Source: Chlorokybus atmophyticus
Lineage: Eukaryota; Plantae; Mesostigma and Chlorokybus algae
NCBI GenBank assembly: GCA_009103225.1
Contig: RHPI01003488.1
Location: 369,788 to 433,787, forward strand
DNA length: 64,000 nucleotides
Direction of reading: 5' to 3'
The notes under the pieces were generated by a model. It saw nothing but the letters and a program-made list of their open reading frames with translations. It ran no database searches and had not been told where the DNA came from. The number at the start of each line of letters is the position of its first letter. Positions within the stretch are counted from its first letter, which is position 1. Shown here piece after piece: positions 1-12,587 of this stretch. Made by a program: the position numbers and the translations under genes.

Positions 1-455
1 TACTTTTGAAAGGTTGCAGTCATTTCAAGTTGCCGATAATGCGGTCACAACACGAGAATAGCACTGCCTCTATTCGAATATCACAGTGGTACATAGTACA
101 GCTCATGCCAGTGCTTTAGGGTACCCTCATTTGACACTAGCCATGGCTCTGCTGTGGTACTTTACCAACAGCGCGCAATGTACTTTCAGTGCATGCTGTG
201 GACACGTGCATTTTCCATTGCTCTGCGGCATCGTCCTCTATCACCTCAACGTGCGTATGGGCTTCCGTGATGGCCAACCATGGCAATTACCAATACTCTA
301 GCAAATCCTTTTGGGGAGCATCTGCGGGCAACACGTATCCCTTGATCAGCCTCATTCACAATAAGTGAATGAGGCTGGTCAATACCACCGCATCATCAGC
401 AACCTGTCAGAGCAACTATGCCCAAAGTCTTCCATGCCAAGCATTTGCGGCTGAG

Positions 456-3400
456 TTATTGTTGTTCGTCTAGGCCGTCTACAATGAGCTGTTCATCCAG
501 CGAGGTGAAGTGTCTGAACAACGCCTGCGGGCATCAACCATACACCAACAATCAGTCACACAGGCACACGGTGAATAATGTCATGCATGTCTACAACTAC
601 TGGCAGCATATCCTGTACGCACACATACACTTGCTTGCCAGCACAGCAGCCCACCTTGAAATGGTTCACCGCATGCACCACATCATCTGTGCCGCATATC
701 TCCCTTATGCTGCGGCCAACACCACAAGTAAGATCGGTACCTTATTATCGGCACAAGTCACACGCAGCGTCGCGACACATACAAGGCCCACACACCTGTG
801 CATGGCGAGCTGCGGGACTCCCACATCAACCGTCCTCATGCCAGTGTGGCTGGCAATGATCGGGCCAATGGTCGACCCGCACGCCATGTCGTTCCTCACA
901 ACAAACTCCTGCGCAAACACACATCAACAATCATGCACACATACAGTTCATGTGCGAGAGTGATCACGCGCCTGTGTGGGTAGGTTGTGTCGTCGTGCAA
1001 GCTCGCGGAAGAGGCAGGCTGTGACGGCGTTGGTAGCGTAGCGTTGGTTGGCATTCGTTTTTATGACCAGGCCCTTGTGCAACTGAGGCTGATGCTGCTC
1101 TTCGTGCTGCAAACAGGGAGCCAACATGTGTGCACATGCGTGATGTTTCTTGACATGTGTGATTAGCATAAGAGGCTCTGGACAGGGGGGGTCCACCTTT
1201 TCTGGATAGTTGGGGTGCAGCGCATGCGCCATGTCTGCCGACACACAGTAGCTGCGCCGGAGCGCACGCGCCACCACATTCTGCATGATGGGATCACACT
1301 CTGTTGCATAAATTTCACGCTGCGTGCAGAGAAGACACGCACAACGATACGAGCATGTACTGTACCTCCACGTCGTCGCGCTCAAAACCCGCCATGCTTG
1401 ACGTGACCTGCGCACGCAGTAAGTGACCAGAAGCGAGGACAGACAGAACTGTTGTTATTTGACACGCAGCACGTTACTCACCCTCTTGACCGTTTCCAAC
1501 ATTACGGGGGAGCCGGCGCCATGGGCGGACTCAGACCCAACCTGTGGTCACACAATCACCATACCCAACACGCGTGTTATATTGGATATAGGCTGCATAT
1601 GGCACACGCATGGCAGCAACACATGATCTACTGTACCGTCTATACACGTACCTCCTCGTGGTCAAAAAGCGTCACCATGCGTACCTGGCAGAGAGCTAAG
1701 TGCAATCAGATGCAAGGCGCATAAGCACCAATTCACATACATCCTATGACCAACCCAACATGAGACTGTGACAAGCGTGTACGGGATACGCGCACAGCAC
1801 AGGAAAAGGGCTTACCGACTTTTCATCTGCAAGAGAACCGTCTGTACTTGTCTCCACAAGAGCCTGTTTACAACAACAGTGCTTTCTGTGAGCAACAAGC
1901 ACTTACATGTTGGCCGATCTAACATGCATGTTTGCATACATGCATGCACATGCTTGCAGCACAACTGCACAACGGGCCTTACATTCAGCGAGCAGTACGA
2001 CATGCAGAGGTTGTCGAGCCTGCCGGAGAAGATGAACTCCTCCATGGCGCCAGCAACCACTGTATAAAAACCACATACAACCAGCATCCGCATCAAATAC
2101 TACTGCAACACTGAGACTGTGGAGCAGTTGTTGAGTGTTTACCGCTCGGTTGCGTGTCGCAGCACTGCAGCTCAAAGTCCAGAATCTCAGAGGGAAGGCA
2201 CTTCAGCTCATCAGCGAGGAGCTGCAACGCATGCAATGATAAACAACATGCAGATACGTGCAAGCGTGCAAACATGAAACTTGGCTACCACACCTGCAGC
2301 AACAGCGGGTGGTGCGGGACATCAGGGACATCAGCCTTCTCTCCTGTAGGGGCCGCTTTGGCGCCTTGCTCGACGCCAGTCAGTGCAGCCTAATGAAAAT
2401 GAGGATGCCTTACATGTGTGACTTACAATTGTAGCAGTAGTAGTCTCACCATATAGTCAAGTGAGCTCCTGTACCTTAACGTTGGTTGCCAGGACCGGAA
2501 CAAGATGCGTGTGCGTGTTGGGTTTGAAACCTTCTGTGTTTACCTCCCTGCCACAACCACCCAAGCAGTTGAATGAAGTCACTTACCACACACGCGTATG
2601 TGCACACACATACGCACCTATAAAGATGGATGGCGAGGTTGGGTATCCGCATGATAGGCCTCGATATCTTCACCAGCTCGTGGCTGTACTGCCCCGCTCT
2701 CGACAACAGCACACGCCCCGCCACGCTGAGGTCCCGATCAAACCACGTGTGCCACAAACCCCCACCGTACGTTTGCACCTGCCAAGATGAACGCTTGTAT
2801 GCAATGGCATTCACACAATGAGGCTGGGCTTCTTCTCTTCTAGTTGCCAACGTACCCCAACTGTGAGGTAGCCGCCTTTGGCTCCTTTGGACACGGGTTT
2901 TAGCTTCAAGCACGGGCTGTCGGTGTGAGCGCCTACCACAACCACTCCGTTGCCCGGCTCAAACCTAATCAATTGATTGAAGCCAACATGATGGTGGTCG
3001 CATACAATATGACCAATGTTCCGATGCTGGGTGCACGTGTGAGCTTACTTTGAGCCGACTGCAAAGGCGACGAGCGTGGACATGTTGCGCGTGAAGAAGT
3101 ACTTCCCTCCAGGCTTCAGCGCCCACGCGTCCTTTTCAAGAAGCTGCGAGTAACCCGCAGCAAACAGCATCTTCTTGGCTTCAGCTGCAACACGCAGTCA
3201 ATGCACAAGTCTTCCACACACGCACGTACACAAACTAGACGCGTAATCAAGCGCACCAACGGCGTGGAAGGGAGTCCACGCTTCATTGAGGAAGCTAAGA
3301 AACTCCGTCACAATGGCAGACGAATTCTGCGTGGAAGGGGAAGGGGAAGTTGGAGGCATGACAGTGGTCGGCGTGTTGTTGTTGTTGTGTTCGGCTTCAA

Positions 3401-4294
3401 CTGCTGATGTCGCTGTCGAGCAGGCTTGGCACACGCCCGAACGCATGCCTCTGCTGCTGGAAAGCACACAAGCTTGTCAGAGATAGCAGTTGTTGTCAAT
3501 GGTAGAATACAAGGGAATGAGTATCTGACGATGTACAACCACAAGGCAGGCTGTGTGTCTGCTATGCTGCAGCGCCATGTGCACCTTCATCATCATCCCG
3601 CATGCATTGTGCATGCAACAACCTGCTGTAGACACACATGAACTGCACATATGGCACGCATCACGCGTGTGCAACGCCGTTGTGTACACCTACTGTAAGC
3701 ATGGAGTAAGCTTATCCATGTAAACACGTGGGCTCATGCACACACGCATGTACGCGTGTACACAGAGACCACCCGCATGTTAACACACACACACATGCAC
3801 TGGGGATGTATCTAATGCACATGCATGTGATGATCATTGATGTGTGCATTCTGCTCGCACATGCAAGTTCAAAATCCATAAGTCAAACACTCACGAGCAA
3901 CACACGGGATGCAGCCTGTCGCAGGCGCGAGTGGCATCCATTTTAACAGCTGCATGCAAAGCTTACAATATACTGCACGTCCTGTGCATGCAAGATGATG
4001 ATCTGCATATAAGCTGACGTTCCGTGGTCACAGCAAGCAATAAAAGGCACGCATTGGCTAGAAGGCACAATCAATATCTGATAGTCCTGGCAGGCACCTT
4101 GTCCAGCAGCTCAGCCTCCCGTTGCGTGCAGTGCTGCTGCTGCTGCTGCTGCTGCTGCAAGTGTCCACCACCATCGCCCTGCGCAGTAGGAGCAGCCCAA
4201 TCGCCTGCTGCTGCGCTCCCTCCCGCCGCCCCAACAGGAGGGCCGACCTGCTCGCTGCTGCTGCCAGGGGGCGGGCCGCAGCGGCGGCGGCCAT
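456..4294 (-). CDS. DNPEP: Aspartyl aminopeptidase (peptidase M18), copy 1, multi-exon, with N-terminal transit-peptide-like exon
   Basis: Exons read [16 protein letters not shown] (~3310-3260), [35 protein letters not shown] (~900-790), [18 protein letters not shown], then [22 protein letters not shown] (stop 456-458). The Ala/Ser/Arg-rich exon from ATG 4294 splices in phase 2 to the exon at ~3455. Confidence 0.92.
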
Positions 4295-5190
4295 GGAGCT
4301 CGCTCGGCCTGGCCCGCCTGGGCTGGCAGTGCAGGAGGAGGCGGTGGGCGGGGAAGCGCACGCCGGCACGCTCCGCTGCGCCGTAATCATCGCATGAGAG
4401 AGATGTCACCAGCCTCGTTGTCGCTGCCCTCCTCCTCCTCGCCCACGCCGCCGCTGCGTCCTCCGCCCCGCAGCTACTGTTCAGACCAGACTACTGTAGC
4501 GCATGCTTGTAGTGTCGACAACAAGCTTGATGGTGTGTTGCTGGGGCTCATGCCAAGCGCAGGCGGTAAAGTGAAATAAGGGACATTCACCTCCTAGGCC
4601 TCTTGTGCAATGCCGGCATGCTTGAAACTACTCGCAAAATCATGTCAACTTGTATCAACTCGGCAAGAGAGTTGCGAGGATACTTGTTTAAGGTGTATGG
4701 GAGCTGGTGTCATGTGCGCAGAATGCGAGAAGTTGTTCCGGGCGCCTCTGTTGTAACCAATGCGGAGCCGTTGGTCACACACAAACTCTGCCAAGTTCTG
4801 CATGCTCAACCCTCGGCTACGCGTAATAGCAATGACAGTGTAGACAGCACTGCATTTCTCTTGCCCCATTCTTGGGATACAGTGCATAGCATTTGGAGAG
4901 CTAGTGCTTGCTGGCATGACCTCATGTTGCTGATGTCACAGGAGTTGACAGGCAACCACAACCCGCTGCAGACCAGGAACCATCTGGTGTTCCAGTTCGC
5001 CAACATACATTGCGCACAACCCACTTACAGCACTACGTTGCATGCCACACAAGCCCACTGCTGTGTCATCGCACACGTATTGCCGCCCGCCAATGCATCT
5101 GATGAGCAATGGGAGCCGCAGCACGCTTGAAAGTTTCATTGTATCGGACAGCAATGACAGGCCAGGCGCAAACACATGCTAGAGTATGTG

Positions 5191-8100
5191 CTACACATCG
5201 GTTGGGCCGTCCACAACGAGTTGTTCGTCGAGTGCAGTAAACTCTTCAAACAAGGCCTGCAAATAGCGACATTGACTACTGCAATGTAAATGCACCTGCA
5301 AATGCAATGTCACATGCACACGAGCCCACAGTGGTTCGTGCAACTGTACCTTGAAATGGTTGACAGCATGAAGCAGGTCATCCGTGCCACAGATCTCCCT
5401 TATACTGTTTGCAGGCAAAGTTCATGGCCCAAAGTGTCAGGGGCCAAACACACCAAGAACGCATGAACAATTCAAAAAGGTAGATCAACAGATTCCAAAC
5501 TCACCTGTGCATGGCCAGTTGGGGAATGCCAACATCTACAGTGCGAATGCCAGTGTGGCTGGCAATAATGGGACCAATGGTCGAACCGCAGGGCATGTCA
5601 TTCCGCACAACAAATTCCTGGAATGCAACAAAGAGTAACCACGCCTGTAGCAGTGAACAACCTCAAAAAGAATTGAAACCTACCTGTGTGGGCAAGTTGT
5701 GACGCCTGGCGAGCTCACGGAACAAGCACGCAGTGACAGCGTTGGTTGCATAGCGCTGATTTGCATTGGTCTTGATGACCAGCCCTTTGTGCATCTGTGG
5801 CTGATGGTGCTCTTCGTGCTGCAAGCAATCACACAATGCTCAGCTCCACTGCGATTGACTCAAGGCAGCGCTTAAGTGAAGTCTCACCTTGTCTGGGTAG
5901 TTTGGATGCAGACAGTGTGCCATGTCTGCTGAAACACAGTAGCTTCGGCGGATGGCACGTTCCACTACATTCTGCCGAGAAATGTGGTCAGCTGTTGGCA
6001 TGATTCTTGCAAGCAGCAATGTTAAGCATTGTAGCAGTGCAACGACAGATGTAGAATTAGAAATCAGAGACAAGCTTGAACTCAATGACACGCATACTCT
6101 ACCTCATCGGGCTTGTGACTGGCATCGGAAACGCTTGTGGTGACCTACATACGCGACACAAGTTAGAGACATGAACGGGAAAGGACTTGTGCACCAGCCC
6201 ACTCACCCTTTTAACCGCCTCCATCATGACAGGGGAGCCAGCACCTTGCGCAGAGTCAGAGCCCACCTAATAACCAGACTGAGGTAAGTCTGGGTAAAGT
6301 TACCTCAACACCAGGGTGCAAGCCTTTGCATACCTCCTCATGGTCAAACAGTGCAACCATGCGCACCTGCACACATACACCAGTTTTCAATCTGGTTTGG
6401 ACAAGGCATGGCAAGTGTCGTCTACTGAATGTTAGTCACAGTAGAGTGCTTCACGAAACATAGACACGCAAATCAATATGAATGCATGTGTGGCAGTCAT
6501 AAAACTCAATTACACGCACAGTTGTTCAAGCCACACGCACATTGGCCACTGGCGGATGAATGCACGCAGAGACATACCGACTTTTCATTTGCTAGCGAGG
6601 AGTCCGACGTGCTCTCCAGAAGAGCCTGCAACCTGACTGTGAGTGGCAACCAAAGCATCCTCAGTTCAAGACAAACAAGTAACTACTAGTAACCAGGCAA
6701 GGCCGACAGTGCACATACCTTCAGTGCACAGAATGACATGCCCAGGTTGTCCAGCCTCCCAGAGAAGATAAACTCATCAAGTGCTCCACCGATTGCTGCA
6801 AGAAACCAGGTAGTTAGCTGCCGACTGGATTGTTTGTGCAGCAGTGGTGCCATGCGCTGCTGTGGCGAGGCACACATACCACTTGGTTGTGTATCACAGC
6901 ATTGCAGCTCGAAGTCCAAGATGTCCAATGGCTGACACTGCAACTCGTTGGCTAACAGCTGGAAGAACAGGCAACATGTGATCAGAACTGCAGTAGTGCA
7001 TGAAACAACTGCAAACATTGAAGGCCTATCCCGAGTGCAACAGAAGCTGTTTTGTACTTGTAGAAGTATGGCATGGTGTGGGTTTTCCTTGTCAGCCTTC
7101 TCTCCTTCCTCCGCCTTGTCACCTTTCTCCGTCTTTTTGTCACCTTCTCCATTCAGAGCAGCCTGAGAACAACATTTGACGTGACGACGACTCCGCCAAA
7201 CACTTGGTGGTGTTGGAACGCTACCGGCATGACACAAGGATACCTTGATCTTCGTGGCTAAAACTGGCACAAGATGCGTCTGCGTGTTGGGTTTAAAGCC
7301 TTCCGTGGATAGCTCCCTGCAACCAACCAGCCGGTAAACATTGCTGCCCTCAATAAGCAAATAGGTATACAATCACAGTGGTTGATATAGTGTCACCACC
7401 ATGCTGCAAGCAGCTGTTACATGGACAAGACAAGGCGGAGCGACAAACAGATATGATAAGGAACAAAGACTCCTGAACTTCGTCAAGAATAACAGCTAAC
7501 TGGAAGGAGGAGACAACGGGGCACAACCAGCAAAGGAAGCGGTACATGTCTGACCTGTAAAGGTGAATAGCAAGGTTGGGAATGCGCAAGATGGGCTTTG
7601 AGATCCTGACAAGTTCATGAGAGTATTTCCCGCCTGCTCTTGATAGCAGCACTCTACCAGCGACGCTCAGATCACGATCGAACCAAGTGTGCCACAAGCC
7701 TCCACCATAGGTTTGCACCTGTCAGCCGTCAAGCCAAGTTGCATGACTTGGGACTACCGACACTTCCGGGTCACAATGCTTGCAGCATTCAATGCGCTAT
7801 ATCCTGACATACCCCAACGGTGAGGAAGCCACCCTTCACACCCTTGGACACTGGTTTCAGCTTCAGAGCGGGACTGTCAGTGTGAGCACCAACGACAACA
7901 ACACCATTGCCTTGTTGAAACCTATCGTGGAAGCAGCAATGAACTAGTCAGTCACAGGACGCAAATTATGCGATAGCTGTTCTCACGTTGCGTGTGCTGC
8001 TAACTGGGACACTTACTTTGAGCCCACTGCAAATGCAACGATAGTGGACATGTTGCGCGTGAAGAAGTATTTTCCTCCAGGCTGAAGGTTCCAACCATCC

Positions 8101-8614
8101 TTTTCAAGCAGCTCAGAGTAGCCCGCGGCGCCCAATCTCTTCTTTGCTTCCGCTGCAAAGCGTAGATCACAATTAGGTTTCTTGCTGTCAGAAACAAAGG
8201 CACACCACGCACTTGCGCATGGGTTATGCTCATTGACTATGCAATGCGTACCATACTGTCTGGCTGCGCATGATAGTATGTATACAATTAAACGCTTTTC
8301 ACAACAAACACCACATGCAGTATGGAAAATGTACAACTGTTACAGCTGCGCTGCCATACAGTATGAAGCTGCAACGACAGCAGCGAGTCGGTCAGGTCGA
8401 GACATTATGTAACTATGAAACCAATCTCCACTCAAACCAGCAGTCTGCTCGAAGGCCAGCATGCAATCGTACACAGCAAAGCATACGATCAGAGGAATAT
8501 ACAGATAGACACAACGCTGCTTTGAAACGCACCAACTGCATGGAAAGGCGTCCATGCTTCGTTCAGGAAGGTAACGAACTCCTGAGCTACAGCTGCGACC
8601 TCCTCCGTAGCCAT
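5191..8614 (-). CDS. DNPEP: Aspartyl aminopeptidase (peptidase M18), copy 2, multi-exon, apparently lacking a transit peptide
   Basis: Exons read [27 protein letters not shown] (8614), [109 protein letters not shown] (5191). An in-frame TAA lies 10 codons upstream of the ATG; an additional upstream coding exon is not excluded. Confidence 0.92.
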
Positions 8615-8955
8615 GAGCAAGCTGCGCTCAGCCTCGCCACCTTACACACCGCCGACAAGCAAGGAAACCAACGCAAAGCAGAGCCGTTTGTCTAACGGCA
8701 AACCTGTCACGTTACAGCTCAACATCCACAGCAGCAGTTTGTTACCACGCAGGTTGTGTCGCCTCAATCACTAACGGGTAGTCGGCGCAAGTGTCGCTGT
8801 TTCCCGTTTAGCATAAGTTAAGGTCAAGCTGGCGAGCGGCACTTTGGCGCCCATTGCGTGAGGCGGGGAGGCGGCGGCGGCGACGGAGGAGGACAGGGAG
8901 GAGGTGAACGTCGTGGACGTGGCTGACGGAGGTGGCTAGCCTCAGGCGCCGAGCG

Positions 8956-11900
8956 ATGAGCGCCGCGTACGCTGCCGCCAGGGCGGCGCTGCCGGCGGAG
9001 TCGTCGCTGGGGTCGCTGGGCAGGCCGGAGGGGAAACAGCGCCGGCAGCCGCAGCCGCACGCTCAGAGTCGCGCAGCGTTCGCCGCAGTCGCCTCCCCAT
9101 TAGGCAGGAACAGCAAGCATGTCCCGCCTCCGTCGGCTTCCTCTGTCGACGGGGTGCTGCCTGAGCTTGTTGGTGGCAGCAAGAATCAGGGCAATGCGCC
9201 GCTCGCCCGATTGGTTGCTATTCCGCAACGGGATAATGTTGATGTGACACCCAGCGCATTGGCTGCAGCCCTGCCGAGAGAGGAGGCTGCTCAGTTCGTC
9301 GTGCATGCGCTGTACGGTGTATTGAACGGTGGAGCTGTCAAAGACGTCACTCGCTTGGTGAGAATGTCGCCGCATATAGGCTGTTTTCCAAGTGAAGCGA
9401 TAGTTGCAGTCGTGTGCCCTACCAGTGCGTCCTTGCATGTTGAGTTGTGGGCCGCAACACGTCTTGAGCGCACACGTGAACGCTCTCAGTGAGTGACATG
9501 CACAGCTGCTCGTTGGCCTTTGAGTTGAACTTCAGCACAAGCTTTCATTCTGTGCAAGCTTTCATGAGCATGTCTAGTATTTCCGGTAAACAGGCCGTCC
9601 GCATCCAGCCCATTTTGCTGTCAAACTCTTTTGTGGAATGTTTGCACTTTGCCTGCACTTGGGGCAGCATTGTTTGCCATGCAATGGCAGCTCCAGTTGT
9701 GTGTGTGTGTTGTAGTGATCTTCATGATAAGTCGTAGTGGTGGCAAGCAGTGTCCTTAATGGAATATGGCAGGTGCGAAAGATGGTTTCTGTCAAGGCAG
9801 GTGACCTTCAACTTTATATTCCAGCTCAAGACAAAAACCTTTTGTTCGGCGATCCCGCCTGGTTCCAAAACAAGCAACTGAGAGTGAGCTATCGCTGCAC
9901 GGCTGGGGGCCCCGTCCAGTGTATGCAGGTTTCTGAAAGCGCTGAGATGCGGTTGGGCATGTTGCGCCGGCCCATAGGTTATGCCACCAGCACAAGCACT
10001 GTTGGCAAGTCCAGCAGCAGCTTCCTTGGACAGGGTGTTGCCAGCCGCAAGGTACAGACATACACCTTGCTATTGGCTGCAATTACTCTGTGGTTAGGAA
10101 ACGATGCATGCAGCAACAGCTTCGTGCAGCCTTCGTGTTGCAGCGTTGAATGAAGTCTGACATCAATGACAACTGGCATGCTTGCTGTGTTTTAGTTTTC
10201 AACTGCGGCAACTGGCAATGCATCCAATGGGGGAGACAGTGAACAGCCTCTGCGCGTAAGAGCGCAATCAGCAGCAGGTATGGGTTCATCGTGCTTCTAA
10301 AAGCGTATGTGCACAAGCGCGTAAACAGCTTGAAAATTGTCGCAGAACCTCTGGATCCAGGGCTATCCGTGGATGGGTTACTGGTTGGCCCCGCGGGTGG
10401 GGGTGGTGGCAGTGCAAACAGTTGGAATGCCTCGTCTGCGCATGGCAGTGATGACAGTTCACGGAAAGGCAGGAAACACCGTACACAAGCCGCAGCTACC
10501 AACTCGTCAGCCTTGACTGAGCGCCAGCATTCCTTGATACATCCAACAGCAGATGTGCACCCTGCTGCTGTCCTTGGCGAGGCAAGTCATGCACCAAAAC
10601 CTTCTTAGCAATTATTGTCTCAAGCATAGCGGCTTGTTGCCTTTCCTAAATCTTGCGCACATGCAGGGCGTTGAGATTGGTGCATTTTGCACGGTTGGAA
10701 GGCATGTCAGGTTGGGAGCCGACTGCCGCTTGCATCCCAATAGTCATGTTGCCGGGGAAACAGTGCTGGGAGCCCGCTGCGTAGTGCATACGTGAGTGTG
10801 TCTAGGTATTCGTCAGGTTGCTGCGCTAACATGAGGTCATACATGCAAAATCGTACGACTTGCATCATTAGCTCATTCACGGCGACGTTGCTGTGCGCAG
10901 AGGGGCTGTTGTAGGGGAAGATATTCCAGGAACTACAACCATTGGTGATGACAATCGCATTGGACATCATGCTGTTGTAGGCATCCGCTGCCAGGATTTG
11001 AAGTACAAGGTGCTGGGGCCATTCTTGAGGCTGCATTACACAGTCTTTTGTCCTTTTGCATAGAGCAACATTGCTACACATCCACATGCTGAACACAACG
11101 CTTATGGCAGGAGGGAGATAGGTGCTACCTGGAAATTGGGAACCGCAATGATATACGCGAGTATGCGAGCATCCACAGGTCATCACGCAATGACTTGAAA
11201 ACGGTATGCTTGTTAGCTGTCATGGTTGAGATGGCTGTCAAGAATGTCACCAATTCAGCTCAAAGTGCTTATACTCTGCATGTGCAGATTATCGGAGACA
11301 GAAACCTGATCATGGGGACTTGTCACATTGCACACGATTGCCACCTTGGCAACTTCAACATCATGGCAAATGCAACTTTGCTAGCTGGGCATGTTGTTAT
11401 GGCGGTAAGTCGTGTGCTTGTAGCTGCCGGTACTACTCACGTTGTTGCTTTGCTTGAAACTGACGCACAATACACAGGACCATGCGCACACCGGCGGTGC
11501 AGTTGCCGTTCATCAGTTCAGCCACGTTGGCTCATATGCATTCCTTGCTGGTGGTTCAATGGTAAGCGCACAGCATGCTTGTGATGCGCATCACAAAGTA
11601 GCTTTCCAACACACATCACCGCAATGCAGGTGGATCGCGACGTGCCTGCCTTCATGATGGTGCAAGGCGATCGTGCAGACCTTCGAGGCCTGAATTTGGA
11701 AGGCATGCGGCGGGGTGGCTTTTCAGATGCTGAGGTAAAGAGAGTTTTTTTGGTCATTGTTGCGCTGATATTACAATTGCACACATAGTTGCTGAGCGCT
11801 GCCTCTTGCATTAGGTGCGCCTCATCCGGCGGGCATACGCGAAGCTCTTTATGAGCGCTGGTGCCACAGCTTCTGGCCTGGAGGAGCGCCTGAAGGCTCT

Positions 11901-12110
11901 GGTATTGAATGATACTTGCAAGTATATGCAAGGAGTCTCTGAGATAAGGTACGCTAACATTGTGTCTTTCAGGAAGAGGATGAGGAGTTCAACCAGCCTG
12001 GGACTGCTGCCATGGCAATGATTGAGTCGGTACGGTCTTCATTCCACGGCAATCGCAGAGGCATCTGCAAGTTTAAACACTGGGCATCGACATCAACAGA
12101 GCCAGTCTAG
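8956..12110 (+). CDS. lpxA: UDP-N-acetylglucosamine O-acyltransferase (LpxA) with N-terminal targeting peptide and DUF3395-like domain
   Basis: Hexapeptide-repeat exons: [15 protein letters not shown]|[89 protein letters not shown]; stop at 12108-12110. Upstream exons 8956-9357, 9773-10051, 10196-10277 and 10346-10581 join with compatible phases. Confidence 0.9.
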
Positions 12111-12587
12111 AATTGCACAGGTTTGCATCCTGCCTGTTGGCTGTCAGGCAGCAGTCAATCAGTCCGTTGTTGGTTGCTGGCGCATTGCTGGCAGTTGCCG
12201 TTGTACCCCAGCACCCAAGCCTGCACGCTATCCAGATGACACAAGCATCTCAACCAAGATCAGTAAGATACTCAGGCAGTAGGCATACTTTTGTAATGAA
12301 GGATTTATCCAGTACTTCCATGTAAAGGGCTTGATGCAAACGCAGTGTCGGATGTGCTAGTCAGCTGCGGTCCAGCTGAACCGAGGCACCAAGGGGAGGA
12401 GTGGGGGGATTAGGGTTGTTGCTGTTAGTGAATTCTTCTCCTGTAGCAGAAATATTGTCAAGTGCATATCAATCTATGAGACAGGGTTCCATTCAAACAC
12501 ACTATTGTGTGATTTGCAAACACTTCATAGTCAGTGCGCATTAGACTGTAGCCCAAACTGTGCGCTATGTGTGAGTACAGCAGGGGG

